NCBI GenBank assembly: GCA_951406725.2
Contig: OX597816.1
Location: forward strand, 127,472,001 to 127,536,000
Length of the DNA stretch: 64,000 nt
Reading direction: 5' to 3'
DNA from: Octopus vulgaris
Taxonomy: Eukaryota
This document shows, piece by piece, positions 54,126-64,000 of the stretch. The stretch's first letter is position 1; each line of letters starts with the position of its first letter. The notes under the pieces were generated by a model. It was not told where the DNA came from, did no database searches, and was given only the letters and a program-made list of their open reading frames with translations. The translations under genes were made by a program, and so were the position numbers.

Positions 54126-54654
54126 GAGAGACAAAAATGAAGGGTTATTTGTTTTACTATAGTTCCATCAATATTCATGTTCATTTCTTTACATGTATAG
54201 CTACATGCATGTATATGTTTGTGTTTGTGTGTCTGTGTCTGTATGTATGTGCATGTGCTGAGATAAAGCTCTCTGATATTTAAATTTAGTTCAGTATTCC
54301 TAATTCATAATGAGTTATGCATAAAAAAAATATATTGTTTACTTAATAATTAGATGGCTAAAGTACAAATATGCAAATTTAGCTATTCACCATGATAACA
54401 ACTCAATTACCAACTACTTTGTACAGCAGTTCAACATTCTATGTAATTGACTGGGGAAGGCAATTGGGTACATCTTCTCTTGGGAATGATCAACAAATCA
54501 TGAAACAATCTGTCAAGAGGCTCCACCCATCACTTTTTTCCTGCACATTGAAAGAATAGAAAGAAGATATTAACATTCTTACAGACTTTATTATCATAGC
54601 TGAGGTTTTCTTATATGCACATACATGTAAGTGTGATTATATATATATATATAC

Positions 54655-55227
54655 TACACCAGAAAAGTACACCTAAAACACACCCCACACTACCTACACC
54701 AACCCCAAAACACCTACAGAGGCCCACCACACCAGTTCGAAAATAGACATACCAACAGAGCAGAACAACCACCAAGAAATCCAAACACACCCTACACCAG
54801 AAAAATGCATTTAAAACGCACCCCACACTACCTACACCAACCCCAAAACACTTATAGGGTCCCACCACACCATTCCACGAACCTAAGAGCCACAACATAC
54901 AATACTATAAAATACAACCCATATAACCAAACCAAAACGCTACTACCAAACATCCACCCCAGGAACCAACCATACAAACATAACAAACAACAAATGCACT
55001 ACGGAGGAAACAACTACCAACACAATATCCCTGATGAACTAAGACGGAACACTAGGTACAACAACACACTCCAGAACAGAGCACCACAAACTCACTCTGA
55101 CAATTATAACAACATGAGACAGATAAATAGTAGCTTTGAACATAACTACACCAACCATTTTTTAGACCTTACACACAGGAACAGGGACACACGATGGCAA
55201 AGGACAAACAAAAGAAACCTCAGGTAA
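54655..55227 (+). CDS. PLE upstream ORF1 (5'-truncated; Pro/His/Asn/Arg-rich, probably disordered)
   Basis: Frame is open from the truncation point to TAA at 55227 (~190 codons), contains an in-frame 138-bp-period duplication, and overlaps the RT frame. Confidence 0.55.
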   Translation, partial: YTRKVHLKHTPHYLHQPQNTYRGPPHQFENRHTNRAEQPPRNPNTPYTRKMHLKRTPHYLHQPQNTYRVPPHHSTNLRATTYNTIKYNPYNQTKTLLPNIHPRNQPYKHNKQQMHYGGNNYQHNIPDELRRNTRYNNTLQNRAPQTHSDNYNNMRQINSSFEHNYTNHFLDLTHRNRDTRWQRTNKRNLR

Positions 55228-57480
55228 TTAAGATAATCAATCTCTCAAACAAAGAACTTACACCTAACGAAATAAGCATACTCTCCAAAGGACTTAAATT
55301 TACACCTACCCCACAACGTTCTAATTACTATGAAATGAAAGATGATATTTCGGAATTTTGCAGAAAACTAAGACTCACCGAGGCATTTCAAGACAAAAAA
55401 ATAGAGGAGGACTCAATAGCTAGAAACAAGAGCAATTACACCCCCACCAAGGGAAAGAATAAAGCCTTAGACCGCTATTGTGACTACATAACTAATTTCC
55501 CGTTTCAATTCATCAAGAAACAAAAACACAGCCCTAACTTCAACAAAAGAGAATGGAACGACCTCATCAAACTAAGAGAAGACAAAACAATAACAATTAA
55601 GGAGGCAGATAAGGGCAACGCGATAGTAATAATGAATACAAACGATTATAAAAATTTAGTGCTATCCCTATTAAGAGATGAAACGTATTATGAAAGGGCC
55701 CAACAGTATAATCAGCAAAAAATAATGCATAACCTTAGGACATTAATCAACACATACCAAGAAGGACTCACGAACAAGGAGTATGAATACATCACTAACT
55801 TCAAATGCAAATCGAGTTTGTTCTATGGTATCCCTAAGGTACACAAAAGCCAAATAATTAGAGAAACGTGCAAAACATCCACCGACACACTCATCAAAAT
55901 CCCTTCACCAAATGATCTTAAACTAAGACCGATAATAGCAGGGCCAGCATGTGAAACTCACCGCCTCAGCAATTTCTTAGACACACTTCTTAAACCTTTC
56001 CTAAAACACATTAAAAGCTACGTAAGAGACGATATAGATATGCTCAACCACCTCCCTAAAACAGTCAATGAGAAAACCCTTCTAGTATCATTCGACGTAG
56101 TTAATCTTTATTCTAACATCCCTCACAACCTAGGAATAGAAGCGATCACCTTCTGGCTGAATAACTACCCCTTTGAACTCCCAACTCGCATAAACAAAGA
56201 CCTTATAATAGAAGTACTTAGATTCATTTTAGAGAACAATTATTTTATTTTTGACAATGATTTCTACAGACAAAGATCGGGAACAGCGATGGGCACGCGT
56301 ACTGCACCATCTTTTGCCAACCTAGTGATGGGATACCTCGAGAAAATACTATACCGGATAACACTCGAGAAATATGGAAACACCTTCGCCACCTATATCC
56401 ATAACAACTAGAAAAGATACCTCGATGACTGTTTCATCATCTGGGACAAAGGTATAGAGAAACTTGAGGAATTTAAAATACTATTAAGTGGAATAAATGA
56501 CAATATACTATTCACGATGGACCACAACGAAAAAGAATGACCATTTTAAGACATCCTCATTAAGAAAACTGGCAACAAAATAGAGACAGATATCTACTAT
56601 AAACCGACAGACTCTAAACAGTACCTACCCTTTGATTCATGCCACCCACGACACACTAGAATGAATGTCCCTTTTTGTTTAGCTAGAAGGATTTGCACCA
56701 TAATATCAGACACAAACACCCGACACACACGTCTCCAGGAACTTAGAACCACACTCATAAATAGAAACTATCCACAGCCCCTAATAGACAGTGCAATCCA
56801 ACGGGTACTTAAATTAAGTATAGAAGACCTGAGACAAACAAAACCAAAAAAGAAAGAACAATTAAAAACCCTTCCCTACATCTCTACACACAACCCACTC
56901 AACAATGAGGCCTTCAACACCATACTACAAAGCACAGCCCTACTAAAGGGAGACCCAAAGATGAACCGGATCCTCGAAACACACACCATCATTAAAAGTA
57001 AATGGCAACCAAAATCCTTGAAAAGGATTTTAACCCAAGCTACACTGCACTCAACATCAACCACAAAACCAGCAGTTAGAAAATGTGGAAGGCCCAACTG
57101 CGGAATCTGTGTCATCTTGAAAGAAGGATCAGAATTTATACTAGAACAAGGCCACCAGTTCACCATTAGAACAAACTTCACCTGCGCATCAGAAAACTTA
57201 ATTTACGTCATAACATGCGCAGGCTGCAATAGGCCATACAAAAAATAGCTTACGTAACAGGATGGCGGTGCATAAATCACAAATTAGAAACCCTGATTAC
57301 CGCAAAATACCGGTCAGCGGACACATAGATAGATGTGCTGGAAATGTAAATCCGAAATTTACAACTAACCCGCTCTATAAATTCAGTGACAACGCAACCT
57401 TCACACAACGCCAAAATAAAGAACTGTATTTCATAAAAAAATTTAGACCAAGTTTAAACACCCTGGGCCAGGAATATTAA
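55146..57480 (+). pseudogene. PLE reverse transcriptase - GIY-YIG endonuclease polyprotein, inactivated
   Basis: INLS, LSKGLKF, ADKG, FYGIPKVHK, LRPII, SFDVVNLY, GTAMG, RYLDD, PF*D, YYKPT, SCHP, CxxxxCxxC, NLIYVITC..C, R...H, E...I...PSLN. In-frame stops at 56409 (TAG), 56538 (TGA) and 56547 (TAA); a frameshifting deletion near 57240 removes the IG of the YIG motif. Confidence 0.92.
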
Positions 57481-57649
57481 AACAAAAGATAAGTCCTCCA
57501 AAAAGGAGAAGCAAAATTCCACCACGGCCGCTACCTTAAACAGTCACTCGCACTGACGGAAATATGCCTTAGTAAAAAAGGAAAAAAATTTTTTTGTGCA
57601 AATCTGACCCTGATGGACTGACCACATACGATACAGCTAAGGGTCAGAC

Positions 57650-58350
57650 CCGATTCTGATTGGTCAACACGTTGATGACGTCTAGTTCTGCTAGAATGGA
57701 CAGGATACAAACAGGGGGCAGAGATTAGTCAGAATATTGATGACGTCCTTTTCTACTTGACTAGTCACCTAACAAGAAACAGACAGGGGGCAGATCTAAT
57801 GCAGCTATAAGTCGTGATTGGGCAGAATCTTGATGACATCCCGTTCTGCTTGACTAAGCCACCTGATGAAACGACTGGGCCACCTAACAAGAAACAGACA
57901 GGGGGCAGATCTAATGCAGCTATAAGTCGTGATTGGGCAGAATCTTGATGACATCCCGTTCTGCTTGACTAAGCCACCTAACGAAACGACTGGTCAAAAC
58001 AGGATACAGACAAGAGGCAGTTATAATACAGCGATAGGTCACGATTGGTCAGAATGTTGATGACATCCAGTTCTGCTTGACTAAGCCACCTAACGAAAAG
58101 GGGCAGATCTAATACAGCTATAAGTCGTGATTGGTCAGAATCTTGATGACGTCCCGTTCTGCTTGACTAAGCCACCTAACGAAACGACTGGTCAAAACAG
58201 GATACAGACAAGAGGCAGTTATAATACAGCGATAGGTCACGATTGGTCAGAATGTTGATGACGTCCTGTTCAGCTTGACTAAAGCCACCTAACGAAACGA
58301 TTGGTCAAAACGTTGATGATGTCACGCTACGCTGGACTGACCACCTAACA
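57650..58350 (+). repeat. Complex tandem array in the PLE pseudo-LTR
   Basis: Eight GATT(G/A)G-N9-TGATGA(C/T)(G/A)TC modules starting near 57658, 57723, 57816, 57931, 58043, 58129, 58241 and 58299; higher-order periods of ~115 and ~198 bp. Confidence 0.9.
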
Positions 58351-58355
58351 GGCAT

Positions 58356-58449
58356 TATAAAACCCGAACAATTCACAAAACTCACCAGAATTCACCAGAA
58401 TCACCCAGCGAACACCCACCATGGGTCATCACAATTGCTCAAGGTAAAA
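58356..58449 (+). promoter_or_regulatory. Putative Pol II core promoter and first mini-exon of the PLE pseudo-LTR
   Basis: TATAAAA at 58356-58362, TCAC initiator-like repeats ~25-45 nt downstream, CCACCATGG Kozak (ATG at 58421), donor AAG/GTAAAA (GT at 58444). Confidence 0.6.
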
Positions 58450-58690
58450 ATGAATTCCTCGCTCTTTCGGGAACATCAGTCTTCTGTATTGACTGCTTCC
58501 CACCACTTTGATCTGTTTTTTATATTGAATACGTATCGCCACCGTGGGCCACTACATCGAACACTTTGAACATATAGCATGAATGAACTTACTTCAAACT
58601 ATATATGAACTTTAAGATGTCTGACTCCGTTGTGTATTGTAAATGAATTTCTAGTGTTTGACGGCATGAGCTGTCTTTTTTTTATATATA

Positions 58691-58737
58691 ACTTTTTTTG
58701 ATAAGGTTCACTTCAGGAACCGAAACATGTTATAATG
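58691..58737 (+). ncRNA. Hammerhead-like motif of the PLE pseudo-LTR (U3-A8 core variant)
   Basis: TTGATAA-GGTTC acttcag GAACC-GAAA-CATG-TT; perfect 5-bp stem II and palindromic tetraloop III; stem I pairs poorly. Confidence 0.6.
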
Positions 58738-58954
58738 TATATATAAAAATTAAAAATTGTATAATATAGCAGCATTTTCGAACTTCATTTTTTACAAATA
58801 TATACCTACTCGTATACGAGCTAATCCTATTATAAATATATACATATATATATATATATATACATACACACACACACACAAATATATGTATGTATGTATG
58901 TATGTGTGTGTATGTATATTTATATACATGTATGAGGGTGTATATATACTTATA

Positions 58955-60560
58955 TCATCATCATTATCATCATCGTTGCTTAACGTCTGCTTTCCATGCT
59001 GGCATGGGCTGGATGGTTTGACTGAGGGCTGGCAAGACAGAAGACTGCACCAGGCTCCAATCTGATCTGGCAAAGTGTGAGTGTAGTGGGTACTTTTTAT
59101 GTGCCACCAGCATGAGGGCCACTCAGCCAGCACTGGCATTGACCATGCTTGAATGGTGCTTTTTATGTGCCACTGGCATGGGAGCCAGTTTGGCGGCACT
59201 GGCAACAATCACAGTTGAATAGTGCTTTTTACATGCCACCGGCAAGGGTACCAATCAGGTAATACTTTCATCAGCCACGACACGACTTCACTTGCCTCAA
59301 CACGTCTTCTCAAGTGCAGTTTATTGCCCAATGATTGAAGGGTACTCTTAAATGAGCTGGTTATGCTGCACTGGCATAGGCCACTGTTACAGTCTCACTT
59401 GGCTTGCTGGGTTTTCTCAAGCACAGCATATCTCCAAAGGTCTCGGTCACTTGTCATCACCTCAATGAGGCCCAACTTTCGAAGGTTGTACTTCACCACC
59501 TCATCTCATGTCTTCTTGGGTCTACCTCTTCCACAGGTTCCCTCTACTGCTAGGGTGTGATACTTCTTCACACAGTTGTCCTCATCCATACACACCACAA
59601 GACCATACCAATGCAGTTGTCTCTCTTGCACACCACATCTGATACTTGTTATGTCCAACTTTTCTCTCAGGGCACTTACACTCTGTCATGTATGCACACT
59701 GACATTTCACATCTAGCAGAGCATACTAGCTTCATTCCTTACAAGCTTATGCATGTCCTCAGCAATTACGACCCATGTTTCACTTCCATGTAGCATGGCT
59801 GTTGACACACATGCATCATACAGTCTACTTGTTACTCTGAGCGAGAGGCCCTTTGTCACCAGCAGAGGTAGGAGTTCTCTGAACTTTGCCCAGACTATTC
59901 TTATTCTAGCAGCTACACTCTTGGAGCATCTATCCCCACTACTGACCTGGTCCACCTAGGTAACAGAAGCTATCAAGTACTTGTAGTTTTTCCCTTTGGA
60001 ATCTGAGAGAAGCTGTTTTCATCACATTTTCAGTGCTTATTGCCCCTAAGCATTTGCCACACACAAAAACTATCTTCCCATTTAGCCCTCCTTTGATATT
60101 GCTGCACCTCTTATGTGTCCATAGCTTACACCAGGTACCTCCTATGGAGTTTCTACCTACACCTTTCCTACAGATCAAGTAGGGCCATCTACCTGAAGGG
60201 ATTTGTAGTTTGTCTGCCTTCCTACTTATTAAGACTTTGGTTTTTGTTAGATTGACTCTAAATCCCTTTGATTCTAGACCTTGCTTCCACACCTGAAACT
60301 CCTCTAGTTCAGATAGTGACTCAGCAATTAGAGCAAGGTCATCAGCATAGAGAAGCCCCCAGGAGCATCCTGTCTTGAATTCCTCTGTTATTTCCTTGAG
60401 GACTAAGATGAATAAGAGGGGGCTGAGGACTGATCATTGGTGGACCCCTACCCGGAATTTTTCACCGTACTCATTGCCAATACTACCTTTACTGACAGCA
60501 TCCCTGTACAGGTTTTGTACAGCTCTCACTAACCACTCATCTATCCCTACTTTCTGCATT
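58955..60560 (-). mobile_element. RTE-clade LINE, 5'-truncated, RT C-terminal half plus 3' UTR/tail
   Basis: GLLYADDLALIAESLSELEE, WKQGLESKGFRVNLTKTK, FCYLG, RIRIVWAKFRELLPLL...LHGSETW; tail ends GACGTTAA-(GAT)n. Confidence 0.9.
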
Positions 60561-60587
60561 ATATATATATACACACATGTATGTATG

Positions 60588-60630
<43 letters not shown>

Positions 60631-60682
60631 GTATGTGTGTTCATATATATGTATGCATGTGAGTGTGTGTGTTTGTATATAA

Positions 60683-61015
60683 AGGTGCATGATTCAGTGG
60701 TCAGAGCATCAGGCTTACAATTTTGAAGTAGTGGGTTTGAATCCTGGACCAGGCTATGTGTTGTACTCTTCAGCAAGACACTCTATTTCACATTGCTCCT
60801 GTTCACTCAGCCATAGAAATGAGTTGCGACGTCACTGGTGCCAAGCTGTATCAGCCTTTGCCTTTCCTTTGGATAACATCATTGGCATGGAGAGCAGAGA
60901 CTGGTATGCATGGGCGACTGCCGGTCTTCCATAAACAACCTTGCCCGGACTTGTGCCTTGGAAGAATTTTCTAGGTGCATTCCCATGGTCATCCACGATT
61001 AAAGGGGATCTTTAT
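60683..61015 (+). mobile_element. tRNA-derived SINE with CORE-like central domain
   Basis: TGATTCAGTGGTCAGAGC, GGGTTTGAATCC, TGTGTTGTACTCTTCAGCAAGACACTCTATTTC...CACTCAGC...AAATGAG. Confidence 0.75.
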
Positions 61016-61017
61016 AC

Positions 61018-61055
<38 letters not shown>

Positions 61056-61134
61056 CTGTGTATATATATAAGTATACACACACACACATATATATAAATA
61101 TTGTGTGTGTGTCTATATATATGTATATATATAG

Positions 61135-61167
<33 letters not shown>

Positions 61168-61170
61168 TAC
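61015..61170. repeat. Compound (TA)/(TG)/(CA) microsatellite
   Basis: Seen directly; similar tracts at 5017-5070, 35870-35955, 54081-54125, 58836-58935 and 60560-60675. Confidence 0.9.
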
Positions 61171-62302
61171 AGTGATTCATTATCTTCATTGTAGAAGTCT
61201 CCAATTCTTTTTCATGCGTGCGTATGTTCTCTGGGTCTTCACTGTGGCACATTGCCATCATTTTCTATGCTCCAATATACTTAGCGCTGACCATCTCTGT
61301 TTCTCTGTCTTCTTTTTCTGTGCTAAGAGTACTTTCCATAGAGGAAGAGCAATTTTACGCATGACAAATGTCCTCTATTTGTATCACACAGCCACAGCAG
61401 CAAACTTAATGTGTTTAATGGTCAACTTTGTTGGTTTACTTCCACTTTACTTTTCATTTTTCAATTTTTGATAAGTGTGTGTAGATGCATGTCAATGCTT
61501 AAGCAAAATGTGTGTGTATGCAACTATGTACATTTGTGTATGTCAGCATATATTCGTATAAGTTTATATTATTTAGTTCATAGTTTTATGATTAAACTCG
61601 ATCACTTTGATGAACAAATGATGATGTTCACATGCATTTTTCTTTGACTAGAATTGTTACATGTAAGCAAAATTAAAAACTAAAGATATTAGCTTTCTGA
61701 AACTGTTGAGAATAAATTAGAGAATAATAAATTAGTTACAAGTTGTCAAGACATGTTATTCTGATAAATTCTTAATAAGCAAATGCACAAAGAATACCTC
61801 TCAGATAGTTTGGTATAGAACATTTGATTCAAACATGTGTTTCAGCCACATTAAATTAGGAATTTAATAAAAGTGTCATAAGAATTCATCATCCTTCCAA
61901 TTTCTTTCTTACCTACATTCATTTTCTTGTGTTCATCTGGAAAAAATGTAAATAAGTACCATTCTGTAATTGAGTGCTGGAACAGTTTAGCAATACTGAA
62001 ATGAGAAATGTTTAGTCTGGTGTTTGAGAGTAAAGTATGAGAAAATAGGACAATTTATGTAGAATCATTTCTGAAGTTGAAGAATGAGGTAAAGAGGTTT
62101 GTGCAATATCTTAGGGTTGGAGATAAGGCGAAAGAACAAAGAAAGAAAAATTAAATGCAGTGGGTGTATTAGAACTGAAAAGTTTCTAAAACAGAGTCTG
62201 CTGTAGTAATTATAGACAGACAAGAGAGGACCCTGTGCAACTTAATCAATTCATCAAATAAGTTTAGATGATAAGAATCCATTATATAACCTCTTCTTTG
62301 AT

Positions 62303-62460
62303 ATCATCATCATCATCGTCGTTTAATGTCTGCTTTCCATGCTGACATGGGTTGGACTGTTTGACAGGAACTGACCAGGCAAGAGCCTGCACCACACTTG
62401 TGTGTCTGTTTTGGCATGGTTTTTACAGATGGATGCCTTTCCTAACACCAGCCACCCATA
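62303..62460 (-). mobile_element. RTE-3'-tail short copy
   Basis: (CAT)n-CGTCGTTTAATGTCTGCTTTCCATGCTGACATGGGTTGG...GGATGCCTTTCCTAACACCA. Confidence 0.7.
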
Positions 62461-63715
62461 ATCATATGTGTGACAGACGCACATCTCTCAGCTCATGTAT
62501 ACACTTTGTAAGGCATATTTACACTTCATAAAATATTAGCAACTGTTTAAAGTAGGAAGTATTTAATCAGTTGTATTGTTTAAAGGTGGTTTTTATTGTT
62601 GCTTAACATGGTCTGCTCCGACTAAGTAGCCCTAACATCAAAGTTATTACAGACATGACCATCCCAACTTTTTTCTGTGTACTGAGAACCCAGGACCACA
62701 TTACCCAGCATGTTCCTCTTTGAAGATGAAAGGATGTACATAATATGTGAAAGATTTGGCTGTTGTTTCTAGCAAGTTGAGTGACCATGTAGGCGTCTTT
62801 TTGTTGACTTGTTTCTAATGCTGATCATTATGGAAGGTCATCAGAAATTCTATTGTCTAACATTTATAAAGCAGGTTAAGGCTTTAGCTGTTTTGTACAT
62901 TCATGGATAGAGAAAGCACAGCTCTGTATATATCCTAAATATCAGCAATGTTTGTACTTTACTGTTTAGTGTTTTTGAATGTCCTTTTGCCAAATGCTCG
63001 CAAGCTCTCTAATCATAGCAGTTGTGCATACCTAGTTGAAACTGTCAAGTTTGTGTATGAATGAAAGAGAAGAGCAGGTGGGTGTCAACCACATAACAGT
63101 ATTAGCTTGTTTGTGTACATATACATGTGTATGTGTGTTTGTGTGCATGTGTATGTGTGTGTGTTCAGAAGATATATTTAAATGTTAATTAGTGTAAGGA
63201 GTCCTTATGACATTACAAATCATAATCATAAATACTAGTTTGAATGCAAGAATACATAATGTTCATATTGACCTTTTATACATCCTTTACATCTTAATGA
63301 ACATTTAGTAATGAATTAGGAATATGAAGATTAAGAAATAGAATGCAAGTTATTGAAGCACTCTTTTATTAGAGATTCTACTTTGATTGATTTTGATGTT
63401 AACTCTTCATCTCTTGTGTGACTGCATGGTTTCTATGTTAATAATTCTTGCCTTAATTTCTTTGTTTTATATATATAGAAGTTGCTTTTGTTTATAAATC
63501 CAGTGTCTTAAAACCAGGTTCCTGCATATATCATGGAATGTCAGATTCTAGATTTATTGATTTTATGGCAAGAATACTAACATAGGATCTATTCATTTTT
63601 ACCAAAGAATGATTCTCAATCTCCTTTTCCTTGAATATGAAAGTACAAGGCTAAAGATTCTTTTTAGAATTGTAATTTAAGGAGTTAATAAGCTCGATAA
63701 CTTTTTCAGAATATT

Positions 63716-63925
63716 GGTTTCCAATTATTGGCACGAAGTTAGCAATTTCAGAGGAGAGGGCAAGTCAACTACATTGACCCCAGTGCTCAGCTGGTATTTA
63801 ATCAACCCTGAAAGGATGAACGGTAAAGTTGACCTCAGTGGAATTTGAACTCAGAAAGTAAAGATGGACGAAATGCAGCTAATCATTTTTCCCAGTGTGC
63901 TCATTATTCTGCCAGATCTCCACCT
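63716..63925 (-). mobile_element. tRNA-derived SINE, same family as 16398-16611
   Basis: CATTGACCCCAGTGCTCAGCTGGTA...CCCTGAAAGGATGAACGGTAAAGTTGACCTCAGTGGAATTTGAACTCAGAA. Confidence 0.75.
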
Positions 63926-64000
63926 AACTTTTGGGAAAATATTTTTAAAACAAAAAGACTCATTTTGTAAATGTTCCTGGTTTTGCAATGTTGGTGTTTT

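Larger units (their letters stand above)
54654..58830 (+). mobile_element. Penelope-like retroelement, Neptune-type, 5'-truncated, inserted in (TA)n
   Basis: RT plus C-terminal GIY-YIG with a CxxxxCxxC linker (KCGRPNCGIC), a long 3' pseudo-LTR, and TA repeats on both flanks. Confidence 0.92.

Noticed and set aside
56538-56540. In-frame TGA in the PLE RT as selenocysteine (some Naiad PLEs encode selenoproteins)
   Set aside because: It aligns to the first Leu of the LPFLD motif (TTA to TGA), not to Cys, and has TAG and TAA stops nearby. No convincing SECIS seen.
57650-58350. Repeat array as tandem hammerheads (TTGATGA...GAAACGACTGGTC) or as a CRISPR-like array
   Set aside because: No stem I or stem II pairing. 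The GAAAC..GGTC part is a variant of the same ATTGG module, the spacers are homologous to each other, and the context is eukaryotic.
3959-62788. Short ORFs of the supplied track as host genes
   Set aside because: Most are 60-120 aa, low-complexity or microsatellite-derived, or antisense to repeats. I saw no recognisable host domain or consistent exon structure, although small exons cannot be excluded by eye.

Overview
AT-rich eukaryotic non-coding DNA dense in microsatellites and interspersed repeats. The repeat repertoire looks like a coleoid cephalopod (Octopus-like) genome; this is an inference from pattern recognition. I found no convincing host exon, and almost all ORFs in the supplied track are spurious or transposon-derived. 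The best-preserved element is a 5'-truncated Penelope-like retroelement (PLE, Neptune-type) at ~54654-58830. It has an upstream ORF1 overlapping the RT/GIY-YIG frame at a U_UUU_UUA slippery heptamer, and a long 3' pseudo-LTR with a CCAAT/CRE repeat array, TATA box, Kozak ATG, splice donor and a hammerhead-like motif. The window also holds a full-length but dead mariner (28830-30114), a second mariner fragment, fragments of RTE, CR1-like and R4/Dong LINEs, and many tRNA-derived SINEs. The most unusual signal is a set of about 10 hammerhead-ribozyme-like motifs. Five of them lie in three unrelated short fold-back insertions that share one architecture: head-to-head arms and a one-sided 3' tail, with an 11-12 bp target-site duplication in two cases. 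One of these (12813-13355) fuses a tRNA-derived Pol III head to the hammerhead tail, making it a candidate PLE-mobilised, ribozyme-bearing SINE. All alignments, translations and folds were done by eye, so boundaries of old repeats are approximate.
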